Of a stretch of DNA of 64,000 nt, positions 51,268-62,480 are shown piece after piece. This DNA is from Malacoraja senta (taxonomy: Eukaryota), in the NCBI GenBank assembly GCA_038087875.1, contig CM076000.1, positions 1,488,001 through 1,552,000 on the forward strand. The letters run 5' to 3'. Every line of letters starts with the position of its first letter. Position 1 is the stretch's first letter. Under the pieces are notes generated by a model that did not search any database, had not been told where the DNA came from, and was given only the letters and a program-made list of their open reading frames with translations. The position numbers and the translations under genes are program-made.

Positions 51268-53766
51268 TTAAGATGGCGCGGCCGGGTCCAGTCGTCGTCG
51301 TGGTAGCTCTGCGGAGATTGTGCGTTTTTTTAACTTGTTTGTTCATTTTTAATTTCTTTCTTTCTACTAACACATTAGCACTAACAATGTACGATCGGAA
51401 AACACTGTTAAAACTAAACTTTAGAGTAACCCAAGGCCTTTTAGACACGTTACTCACCGATCCAGCGTGGCTGGCAGAGATCATAAGAGCGTGCCGCGGC
51501 AACAATAATGGGAGCGCGGCTCCAGGAAAAAGTACGGAAAAAACATTGAGGTAAGCGGGGGGATTCGGAATAAGCTAAGAGCTCAAGCCTTCCATCCACC
51601 TCTGCCCAGCATCCTTCTGGCTAACGTCCAGTCCCTGGAGAACAAGTTGGATGACCTCAGGGCGAGGATCAGATTCCAGCGGGACATAAGAGACTGCAAC
51701 ATCTTCTGTCTGACCGAGCCATGGCTGATCCCGCTGGTGCCGGATTAAGTAATCTGCCCAACCGAGTCCTTCACTGTTTTCCGTGCAGTCAGAACGGAAG
51801 AATCCGGGAAGTCGAGAGTGGAGGAGTTTGCTTCATAACCAACAATAACTGGTGCAACCCTAGGAATATTAAGACGCTTTCTCGTTCCTGCTCGCCGGAC
51901 ATGGAGCATCTGACTATCTCATGCCGTCCATTCTACCTTCCCCGTGAGTTCAGCCCAGTGATCATCACAGCCGTCTACATTCCACCGCATGCGGACACTG
52001 GCATTACGTGGCACTACCGGCCCTACACGATGTGCCATGTCGACACCAAAACAAGAACCCTGATGCGGCAATGGTGGTGGCTGGAGATTTTAATAAGGCA
52101 AATCTCAAAAAGGTTATGCCTAACTTTGGCCAACACATCACGGGGAAAGAACTTTGGACCACTGCTACACGCCGTTCAGGAAAGGCTACAAGGCTGTTTC
52201 TCTCCCTCCTTTTGGAAAATCTGACCACGCTGCCATTTTCCTGCTGCCGGAGTATAAACAACGGATAGTACAGGAAGCGGCAGTGACGAGGGACGTAAAG
52301 CGGTGGTCCGACCATTCAGAGGCCATGCTGCAAGATGCACTGAGTGATGTCGACTTGTATATGTTTCAAGCAAGTTCCAGAAGCGGTCACAGACTTCATT
52401 GCAACAATAGCCGATAACATCGTCCCGACGGTAAGGGTAAGCATCTTTCCTAATCAAAAACACTGAGTGGACAGATCCTTTCGCGTTGCCTTGAATGCTC
52501 GCACTGCTGCTTACAACTCCGGCCTGTCATCCGGCAATATGAATGACAACAAGGCAGAGTCCTACAGACTGCGAAGGGCGGTGAAGGACGCAAAAAGGAG
52601 GTACAGGGACAGGATGGAGTCGCAGATGGAGCAGCGGGACACCAGACGCCTTTGGCAGGGGCTACGGACTATAACTAACTACCAGAGCAGCCCCCCCTCA
52701 ACCGGGAGTCCCGGCACCTCTCTAGCTGATGACCTGAACTCTTTTTATGCATGATTCGAGACGGGCAACATCACCCCTAGCTCGCCGGCTAACAACAACA
52801 CCGCCAGCGCGCTGGCTAGCGAGGCTGGAGGGAGGTCCACCGCTGCGGATGTGCACACATTCACGGTGTCCGAGCACGACGTGAGGAGGGCTCTGACGCG
52901 TGTGAACACGAGGAAAGCTGTAGGCCCAGATGGTATATCTGGGCGAGTACTAAAGTCTTGTGCTACTCAGCTTGCTCCAGTGCTCACCAAATATTCAGCC
53001 TCTCCCTGGCCAAGTCCGTGGTCCCTGCCTGCTTCAAAAGATCCCCCATTGTATCAGTGCCAAAGAATGCCTCTCCAGCTTCCTTGAATGATTATCAACC
53101 GGTGGCCCTCACCTCAGTAGTCATGAAATGCTTCAAGAGGCTGATCAAGAACCACATCTGCGCCTTCCTCCCTCGCACCATGGACCCGCTGCAGTTCGTA
53201 TACCGTCCGAACGGATCCACGGATGATGCGTTCTCCCAGGTTCTGCACACCACTCTCTCTCACCTTGACAGCCAGAAGGGGGCTATGTGAGGATGCTGTT
53301 CATTGATTTCAGTTCAGCTTTCAATACCATAGTCCCCACCAGACTTGCTGAGAAGCTGCTGGAACTGGGGCTGAACACCCCACTGTGTGCCTGGGTCCTG
53401 GACTTTCTCACCGCCAGACCCAGGTGGTCAAGATGGGGAGACATACCTCCAACCCCCTCACCCTGAACACAGGATCCCCCCAGGGATCCATAGCCCCGTA
53501 CTGTACTCCCTGTACACACATGACTGTGTGGCCAGGTTCAGCTCCAACTCCATCATCAAGTTTGCTGATGACACTGTGGTGGTGGGCCTGATTTCCGATA
53601 ACGATGAGGCCTACCGGGAGGAGGTGGCTGATCTGGCACTCTGGTGTCAGGACAACAGCCTCCTCTTGAATGTCACAAAAACTAAGGAGCTGATTGTGGA
53701 CTTTAGAAGGGCTGGAGATAAATGGGACTACTGTGGATAGGGTGAGCAGCTTTAAATACCTGGGAG
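51268..53766 (+). mobile_element. Rex1/Babar-type LINE, 5' intact and 3' truncated, multiply frameshifted
   Basis: aagatggcg start; APE motif LPSILLANVQSLENKLDDL; RT motifs [44 protein letters not shown]; ends at FKYLG. Confidence 0.9.
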
Positions 53767-55070
53767 CAGGGCCGGATTTACGTATAAGCTAGACAAGCTT
53801 AAGCTTAGGGCCTCGAGATCTAGGGGGGCCTACTCACCTCGCTGCCTCACAGGACCCGTCGAACCTCGTCGCCCCACCGACCATCCGCCCACCGGGACCT
53901 CCTACTCCTTGCCCGCTGATCTGGAGTCCACTCCCCCGCCCTCCAGCAGCCCGCAGCCGTCGCCTTACCTGCAGCCTGGACACAGCACCGGGCCTGAAGT
54001 TTCCACGCTGCAGACTCCCACTCCCCTGGGTTTGACTGCGCTGGGTCCTAGTGCTAGGCGCTCCGACCCTGGTAATCTCAGTGGTTGTTCCACTGGGTCT
54101 TCCCCATTCCCCTCAAACCATGTGACCCCAGCTCTTCCCAACCCACACTACAGTCCTCATACCCCACTACCCCCTGACCACCCACCACCAGGGCCAGATT
54201 TAGATGAAGAGAGGCCCTAAGCTATTTCACTTGTGAGGCCCCCCCCTCCCAATCCCCCACCCCCATGACTAGAGGACCATGACTACCCGACAGTGACAGT
54301 GTGACACTTTTAGATCCTACTGTACGTTGTCATTAAACATTTGGTTTTGAAATACATATTGGATTCACCGCGGAGCGGGCGATGCCTTACCTAGATCGCC
54401 GTTTGAAGCTTTGGAGTGTTGGGCCTGCTGCTTCAACATCATGGAGCTGTGGTTTGCGGAGCTCCCAGCCTCGGGCCGCGCTGATTTTAATATCGCTGAG
54501 CCCTGTGAACCCTTTGCCGAGGGTCGCCAGCGTGAATCTCCACCCAGCTCAGCCTGTTGGACTTCGGGAGCCAAGGTCTCCAGTTGGAAGTGGCCGATTC
54601 AGAAGTCGAAGCCGCTGAGAATGTTCTCCCGTTCCGATGTCGGATGGTGACCCCCCAAATTTCATTGTACCAATGGACATGAGGGGGGGGTCCAAGAGGA
54701 GGGGGTCCGTTGGAGACGGGAAAAGGGATCATCAATGGGGACGAGGACTCCTTCCCATGGAAGAACGGTGTGAGGCGGAGGCGACTGAAGAAGAGCTCCA
54801 AATCGCGGCGGGCGCGGAACTCATTGAGGTGGGGACGGAGGGGCACAAAAGTGAGGCCTCTGCTGAGGACCGACCATTCGGTATCTGAGAGTGGGAGGTC
54901 AGGGGGGGATGGTGAACACATGGGGGTTGGGGCCAGAGGAAGGCAGGTGAGTGGACTGAGGCCAAGGCGATGTCTGGTGGAGGGGTGATGGGTGGTCAGG
55001 GGGTAGTGGGGTATGAGGACTGTAGTGTGGGTGGGGAAGAGCTGGGGTCACATGGTTTGAGGGGAATGGG
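53767..55070. mobile_element. Composite of two hAT-like ends (53767, 54189) and inverted Penelope ORF fragments
   Basis: cagggcc(g/a)gattt termini. Minus strand PPDLPLSDTEWSVLSRGLTFVPLRPHLNEFRARRDLELFFSRLRL is Penelope RT-upstream-like. 54100-54188 is the inverted copy of ~54985-55070. Confidence 0.65.
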
Positions 55071-57137
55071 GAAACATAGAAACATAGAAAATAGGTGCAG
55101 GAGTAGGCCATTCGGCCCTTCGAGCCTGCACCGCCATTCAATATGATCATGGCTGAACATCCAACTCAGTATCCTGTACCTGCCTTCTCTCCCTACCCCA
55201 TGATCCCTTTAGCCACAAGGGCGACATCTAACTCCCTCTTAAATATAGCCAATGAACTGGCCTCAACTACCTTCTGTGGCAGAGAATTCCAGAGATTCAC
55301 CACTCTCTGTGTGAAAAATGTTTTCCTCATCTTGGTCCTAAAAGATTTCCCCCTTATCCTTAAACTGTGACCCCTTGTTCTGGACTTCCCCAACATCGGG
55401 AACAATCTTCCTGCATCTAGCCTGTCCAACCCCTTAAGGATTTTGTAAGGTTCTATAAGATCCCCCCTCAATCTTCTAAATTCTAGCGAGTATAAGCCGA
55501 GTCTATCCAGTCTTTCTTCATATAAAAGTCCTGACATCCCAGGAATCAGTCTGGTGAACCTTCTCTGTACTCCCTCTATGGCAAGAATATCTTTCCTCAG
55601 ATTTGGAGACCAAAACTGTACGCAATACTCCAGGTGTGGTCTCACCAAGACCCTGTACAACTGCAGTAGAACCTCCCTGCTCCTATACTCAAATCCTTTT
55701 GCTATGAATGCTAACATACCATTCGCTTTCTTCACTGCCTGCTGCACCTGCATGCCTACTTTCAATGACTGGTGTACCATGACACCCAGGTCTCGTTGTA
55801 TCTCCCCTTTTTCTAATCGGCCACCAATCAGATAATAGTCTACTTTCCTGTTTTTGCCACCAAAGTGGATAACCTCACATTTATCCACATTATACTGCAT
55901 CTGCCATGCATTTGCCCACTCACCCAGCCTATCCAAGTCACCTTGCAGCCTCCTAGCATCCTCCTCACAGCCAACACTGCCCCCCAGCTTCGTGTCATCC
56001 GCAAACTTGGAGATGTTGCATTCAATTCCCTCGTCCAAATCATTAATATATATTGTAAATAGCTGGGGTCCCAGCAATGTGCCTTGCGGTACCCCACTAG
56101 TCACTGCCTGCCATTCTGAAAAGGACCCGTTTACTCCTACTCTTTGCTTCCTGTCTGTCAGCCAGTTCTCTATGCACATCAATACTGAACCCCCAATACC
56201 GTGTGCTTTAAGTTTGTATACTAATCTCTTATGTGGGACCTTGTCGAAAGTCTTCTGAAAGTCCAGATATAACACATCCACTGGTTGCCCCTTATCCACT
56301 CTACTAGTTACATCCTCGAAAAATTCTATAAGATTCGTCAGACATGATTTACCTTTTGCAAATCCATGCTGACTTTGTCCAATGATTTCAACACTTTCCA
56401 AATGTGCTGCTATCCCATCTTTAATAACTGACTCTAGCAGTTTCCCCACTACCGATGTTAGACTAACTGGTCTGTAATTCCCCATTTTCTCTCTCCCTCC
56501 CTTTTTAAAAAGTGGGTTTACATTAGCTACCCTCCAATCCTCAGGAGTCTAGAATCCTCCAGAATCTAAAGAGTTTTGAAAAATGATCACTAATGCATCC
56601 ACTATTTCTGGGGCTACTTCCTTAAGTACTCTGGGATGCAGCCTATCTGGCCCTGGGGATTTATCGGCCTTTAATCCATTCAATTTACCTAACATCACTT
56701 CCCTGCTAACCTGGATTTCACTCAGTTCCTCCATCTCATTTGACCCCCGGTCTCCTGCTATTTCCGGCAGATTATTTATGTCTTCCTTAGTAAAGACAGA
56801 ACCAAAGTAGTTATTCAATTGGTCTGCCATATCCTTGTTCCCCATGATCAATTCACCTGTTTCTGACTGCAAGGGACCTACATTTGTTTTAACTAATCTT
56901 TTTCTCTTCACATATCTATAAAAACGTTTGCAGTCAGTTTTTATGTTCCCTGCCAGTTTTCTTTCATAATCTATTTTCCCTTTCCTAATTAAGCCCTTTG
57001 TCCTCCTCTGCTGGACTCTGAATTTCTCTCAGTCCTCTGGTAGGCTGCTTTTTCTGGTTAATTTGTATGCTTCATCTTTTGTTTTGATACTATCCCTGAT
57101 TTCCCTTGTTATCCACGGATGCACTAACTTCCCTGAT
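55071..57137 (-). mobile_element. Young 5'-truncated CR1/HER1 LINE (RT ORF 55193-56485)
   Basis: KSPGPDRLHPRVLKE, NYRPVSLTSVVGKLLE, YLDFQKTFDKVPH, KFADDTKLGG; near-identical by eye to 36050-37208; (tttctatg)n tail. Confidence 0.94.
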
Positions 57138-57411
57138 TAGGCCCCTCGACCCAACTCGTCAATGCCAACCAAGATACATCATCTAAGCTAGACCCATTTG
57201 CCCGTGTTTGGCCCGTATCCCTCGAAATCTTTGCTATCCATGTGCCTGTCCAGGTCTCTTATAAATGCTGCTCTAGTACCTGCTTCAGCTAACTCCTCTG
57301 GCAGCTCGTTCCATACACCCACCACCCTTTGATTGTGGGGAGGTCAATTCCTGCAATGTCCACCACTTCCTGCAGCCTCCTTTGCTCTTGGGTGTTCAAA
57401 TTGTCCAAGCC

Positions 57412-57845
57412 AGGATCTGCAGTTCCTTGCGACTGCATTGCCCTACTTGCCTTGGTACTAGGTAGAAAAATGGGAACTGCAGATGCTGGTTTACAAAAAA
57501 AGCCATGACGTGCCTGAGTTACCCCAGCACTTTGCGTCTAAACCAGCATCTGCAAAGTTCCCTGTGACTGCATGGTCCTACTTGCCTTGGTGCTAGGTAG
57601 AAAATTAAGAACTGCAGATGCCGTTTTGCAAAAAAAGACACTTGGTTATCTGAGTTACTCCAGCACCTAGCGTCTAAGACAGCATCTGCAGTTTCCTGTA
57701 AATGCATAACCATGCTTGCCTCTGCTAGGTCGAACGAGGGAACTGCAGATGCTTGTTAATTTAAAAAAAAGATCCGAAGTGCCAGAGTTACTCCAGTACT
57801 TGGTGTCTTAGCCAGCAACTGCAGTTCCCTGTGATTGCATGGCCC
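57412..57845. repeat. ~133-bp tandem repeat (about 3.3 diverged units) built from Penelope end sequences
   Basis: Unit atctgcagttcc...ctaggt...gaactgcagatgc...gagttac(t/c)ccagcac recurs at about 57414, 57546, 57682 and 57814. Confidence 0.75.
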
Positions 57846-57929
57846 TGTCTGAAGAAGGATCTCGACCCGAAACGCCACCCATTCCTTCCTGCTGTCTCTC
57901 CCGCTGAGTTACTCCAGCTTTGGTATCTT

Positions 57930-58310
57930 TGGCCCCGTGGGTGCTGGCGGACTCTGCCTGCATAAAAGATGGCGGCGCCCGCAGAGGTCACGGCGGCCTA
58001 CTGCCATGCGCGTGCGCGCGCGCGGGGCCCCCACTCGACACCGATGGTGCGGTCGCCATCGCTGAGGGAACGGCGGGCGGGGAACATGGCCGTGGAGTCC
58101 AGAGTCACGCAGGAGGAGATCAAGAAGGAGCCGGAGAAGCCGGTGGATCGAGAGAAGGCGAGTACACGTTGGCGATGGCGGCTGCAGTGGCGGCGGGGTT
58201 TACGCCAGGCCGCCGAGGCCGAGGATCGGGTGTAGGCCGCAGGCCCGGTCTGGAGGAGGGCGCGCGTTGGGAGGCGGCGCTGCCGCGGCGGTGGCCTCGG
58301 TCCTGGGCAT
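57930..58310 (+). promoter_or_regulatory. SAP18: SAP18 CpG-island promoter
   Basis: Dense CpG; YY1-type AAGATGGCGGC (57966-57976), NRF1-like CATGCGCGTGCGCGC (~58005-58020), TATA-like CATAAAAG (57961). Confidence 0.75.
58086..58157 (+). CDS. SAP18: Sin3A-associated protein 18, coding exon 1
   Basis: ATG in strong context (aacATGG) encodes MAVESRVTQEEIKKEPEKPVDREK, the SAP18 N-terminus. Similarity stops at AAG|GCGAGT (GC-type donor). Divergent LATS2-SAP18 arrangement matches the human 13q12 neighbourhood as I recall it. Confidence 0.93.
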
Positions 58311-58321
58311 CTGCAAAACCG

Positions 58322-58725
58322 CCCACCCCCCCACCCTCATTCCCTGCACCCCCCGACCCCTGCACCAACCCCCGTCCTCTGTACCACCCCCCCATACCTG
58401 CACCACCCTCGTTCCCTGCACCCACCCGTGCACCACCCTCATCCCCTGCACCACCCCCGTCCTCTGTACCACACCCCATACCTGCACCACCCTCGTTCCC
58501 TGCACCACCCCACCCTCGTCCTCTGCACCCCCCGACCCCTGCACCACCCCCGTCCTCTGTACCACCCCCCATACGTGCACCACCCTCGTTCCCTGCACCC
58601 CCCACCGCCCTCTGCACTACCCCCCATACCTGCACCACCCTCGTTCCCTGCACCCCCCACCGCCCTCTGCACCACCCCCACCCCTGCACCAAACCCCACC
58701 CACAGCCCTCTGCACCACCACCATC
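58322..58725. repeat. C-rich minisatellite at the start of SAP18 intron 1, plus (cccctc)n at ~58833-58870
   Basis: Shuffled units cctgcaccaccc / cgtcctctgtacc / cccatacctgcac / ctcgttccctgcac. Confidence 0.9.
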
Positions 58726-59339
58726 CTCTCCACTAACCCCCGTTCCCGGATCCTCAGCCCATGTATCAGCCTCTTGTCCCGGCCCCCAGACCAACACACT
58801 GGTCCCAACCCCAATCTGCTGCCACATCCATACCCCCCTCCCCCTCCCCCTCCCCCTCCCCCTCCCCCTCTCTCCTGGCTCTGCACCCTGTCACCTGCCC
58901 CATTCGTGGCCTCTATCCCAGCCACCCAAGTAATTATATTTAACCAGGCACCCGATCAGCGCAGAAATGTGGGTACATATTGAGACTGTTCACTATCTGT
59001 TACCGTCTGATCACTATCTTCTTCATTTTAACCAGTGTTAATTTTTTCGGCGCTCAGAAGGCCACTGACACAAACCCTCGTCTGTTCATTCCTTCCACAG
59101 ACGCTGCCTGACCAGCACTTTGTGTTTTGTTCATGATGTTTTATGCCCTGATCACAAATGAATTAGACAGCGGTCATAACACAAAATTAAATTGAGCCCT
59201 GAAAATGGAAAAAGGAGATGGTGCTTATGATCAGATGGGTCACAGTGGACTGACAATGTTGTGCTTCAGTGCTGAGGTTTTTAAAGATGTTACTTGGCCA
59301 GTGGTTAGGGAGGTTTGTAGTCCCTTGTCCATGCAATTT

Positions 59340-59610
59340 GAGTTTAGTTTAAAAATACAGTATGGAAACGGGCCTTATGGCCCACCAAGCCCATGCTGGC
59401 AGTGAATCTGCTCACAATTGTTCAATGCTATCCCACTTTCTAATTAATTCCCTACACATTAGTGGCAATTTTACAGAGGCCAATTAACCGACAAACCCAC
59501 ATGCCTTTGCCATGTGAAGAAAACCACACGTTAAACTCCACACAGACAGCACCCGTAGTCAGGATTGAACCCGGATCTCTGGCACTGTGAGGCAGCAACT
59601 CTACCATCTG
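59340..59610 (-). mobile_element. HE1-like V-SINE (diverged)
   Basis: Reverse complement of head and tail. Confidence 0.7.
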
Positions 59611-60911
59611 CTCCAGAGCACTGTGGTGGAGCACTTTGCAGCGACAGTGTTGGTGTTATCTCTTCAAAACTTTATAGGTGGTCCATGTCTCAGAATCAAT
59701 CCCAAGGTAGGATCACTGCTGCTCAGTAGACCTTGAGCTTTGTGCTAGATTTCAGATCTTGAGATTTTGGTGTTGTCCTTGGTGGGTTGGTCTATCTCCT
59801 GGTGTGGTTTTTCTTTCAAAAGTGGTCATGAAAGAAATGTTGTCTTCGTCAAGGATAATTTCAGACAATTGAGTAAAAGGGCAGGGTGTTCCATAGACAA
59901 TAAGGATGTACATTAAGACTTTCAGAAGGCATATGATAAAGTGCTGTATTAAAGGTAATTATTGTAGGGAATATCAGTGGCATGTGGTCTCACCAACGTC
60001 TAGTACAACTGTAACGTAACTTCTCAACATCTTTACTCAATACCCTGACTGATGAAGCCCATTGTGCCAAAAGCCTTGTTTATTGGAATATCTAAATATG
60101 GAGCAACTTTCAGAGAACCATGTATCTGTACCAGATCCGTTTCCTTGAGGCCCTATCCACAATAACTACACTTCAAAAATGCTGGTTGACACAAAAGGAC
60201 ACAAAGTAACTCAGTGGGTCAGGCACCATCTCTGGAGAACATGGAGATTGGGTTAGGACCCTTCTTCAGATTGAGGTGACGCAAAGGGTGTGACCAGCCC
60301 ATTGAAGCTGACTGAACCACTGTGGTCAAGAGTGCTGGGGATGTTGACGCTTAACTTGATAGTGTATTCAGAGCACTTTGCAGAGACAGTTGGTGTTATC
60401 TCTTCAAAACTTTATAGGTGGTCCATGTCTCAGAATCAGACACGAGGCAGGATCACTGCTGCTCAGTAGACCTTGAGCTTTGTGCTCGATTTCAGATCTT
60501 GATTTTTCAAACATGCTTCCTCAGATGGCCAAAGGGTGTGCTGGCGCATTGAACAAAGAACTGTACAGAGTTGAATGTCATTGTCGTTTGAACTGCTCTC
60601 GAGTGGCCAAAATGGAAGGGATGGCTGCAACGGGCCTTTGTGGCCAACTGCAGCTGGGGCTATAAAATGTGCCTCTTGTATATGGACTCAGTGGGCTGTT
60701 CTGTGCATATCGCACTGACTGGTGATTGTGCTTATGTATGGAAATAATCTTGCTGAGCTGTATTGTATTTCACTGTACACAAAAATGCTGGAGAAACTCA
60801 GTGGGTGCAGCAGCATCTATGGAGCGAAGGAAACGGGCAACGTTTGGCAACAGTGTATTTCACTGTACCTGGTAGACGTGACAATAAAGAAACTATTGAA
60901 GTTAGCACCTA

Positions 60912-62480
60912 CTGTGCCCTCCATAATGTTTGGGACAAAGACTCATCATTGTTTTATTTGCCTCTGTACTCCACAATTTGAGATTTGTAAAAGAAAAAAT
61001 CACATGTGGTTAAAGTGCATATTGTCAGATTTTAATAAGGGGCATTTTTTATACATTTTGGTTTCACCATGTAGAAATTACAACAGTGTTTATACATAGT
61101 TCCCCCCATTTCAGGGCACCATAATGTTTGGGACACAGCAATGTCATGTAAATTAAAGTAGTTATGTTTAGTATTTTGTTGCATATCCTTTGCATGCAAT
61201 AACTGCTTGAAGTCTGCAATTCATGGACATCACCAGTTGCTGGGTGTCTTCTCTGGTGATGCTCTGCCAGGCCTGTATTGTAGCCATCTTTAGCATGCTT
61301 GTTTTGGGGGCTAGTCCCCTTCAGTTTTCTCTTCAGCATATAAAAGGCATGCTCAATTGGGTTCAGATTGAGTGATTGACTTGGCCACTCAAGAATTGAC
61401 CATTTTTTAGCTTTGAAAAACTCCGTGGTCTTGCTGTAGAATGAACCACCGGCCAATGAGTTTTGAAGCATTTGTTTGAACTTGAGCAGATAAGATGTGT
61501 TTATACACTTCAGAATTCATTATGCTACTACCATCAGCAGTTGTATCATCAATGAAGATAAGTGAGCCAGTACCTTCAGCAGCCATACATGCCCAGGCCA
61601 TAACACCCCCACCACCGTGTTTCATAGATGAGGTGGTATGCTTTGGATCTTGGGCAGTTCCTTCTCTCCTCCATACTTTGCTCTTGCCATCACTGATATA
61701 AGTTAATCTTTGTCTCATCTGTCCGCAAGACCTTTTGCCAGAACTGTGGTTGCTCTTTTAAGTACTTCTTGGCAAACTGTAACCTTGCCATCCTATTTTT
61801 GCAGCTAACCAGTGGCATGCATCTTGCAGTGTAGCCTCTGTATTTCTGTTCATGAAGTCTTCTGCGGACAGTGGTCATTGACAAATCGACACCTGACTCC
61901 AGAAAAGTGTTTCTGATCTGTCAGACAGGTGGTTGGGTTTTTTCCTTTATTGTAGAGAGAATTCTTCGGTCATCAGCTGTGGAGGTCTTCCTTGGCCTGC
62001 CAGTCCCTTTGCGATTAGTAAGCTCACCAGTGCTCTCTTTCTTCTTCGTGATGTTACAAACAGTTGATTTTGGTAAGCCCAAGGTTTGGCTGACGTCTCT
62101 AACAGTCTTATTCTTGTTTCTAAGTCCATTATGGCTTATTTGACTTTCATTGGCACAACTTTGGTCCTCATGTTGAGAAACAGCAATAAAAGTTTCCAAA
62201 TGTGATGGAAAAACTAGGTGCTGAGTGCTCTCTTATACCGGCATTATGGAGGCAAACGTCCCAAACATTATGGTGCCCCGAAATGGGAACACTAGGTATA
62301 AACACTGCTGTAATTTCTGCATGGTGAAACCAAAATGTATAAAAAATATTCTTTAATAAAATCCAACAATGTGCAGTTTAACCACATGTGATTTCTTTCT
62401 ATTACAAATCTTAAATTGTGGAGTACAGAAGCAAATAAATAAATGATGGGTCTTTGTCCCAAACATTATGGAGGGCACTG
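60912..62480 (-). mobile_element. Full-length but dead Tc1-like transposon with IR/DR-type long TIRs
   Basis: TIRs c(t/a)gtgccctccataatgtttgggacaaagac of ~225 bp with inner repeat ccataatgtttgggac; flanks TA / TG. Transposase 62171-61168 (GRPRKTS, TDETKINL, KHGGGGVMAWAC, FILQQD, WPSQSLNLNPIEH, GYATKY*) has stops, frameshifts and a deletion after the second D. Confidence 0.93.

Noticed and set aside
50477..51505. 342-aa ORF as a novel gene
   Set aside because: Chance fusion of antisense Rex1 5' sequence with a Gypsy integrase fragment.
57920..58983. Long Pro/His/Cys/Gly-rich ORFs (337, 238 and 235 aa)
   Set aside because: They arise from a stop-poor C-rich minisatellite and CpG island; only the 24-codon SAP18 exon is supported.
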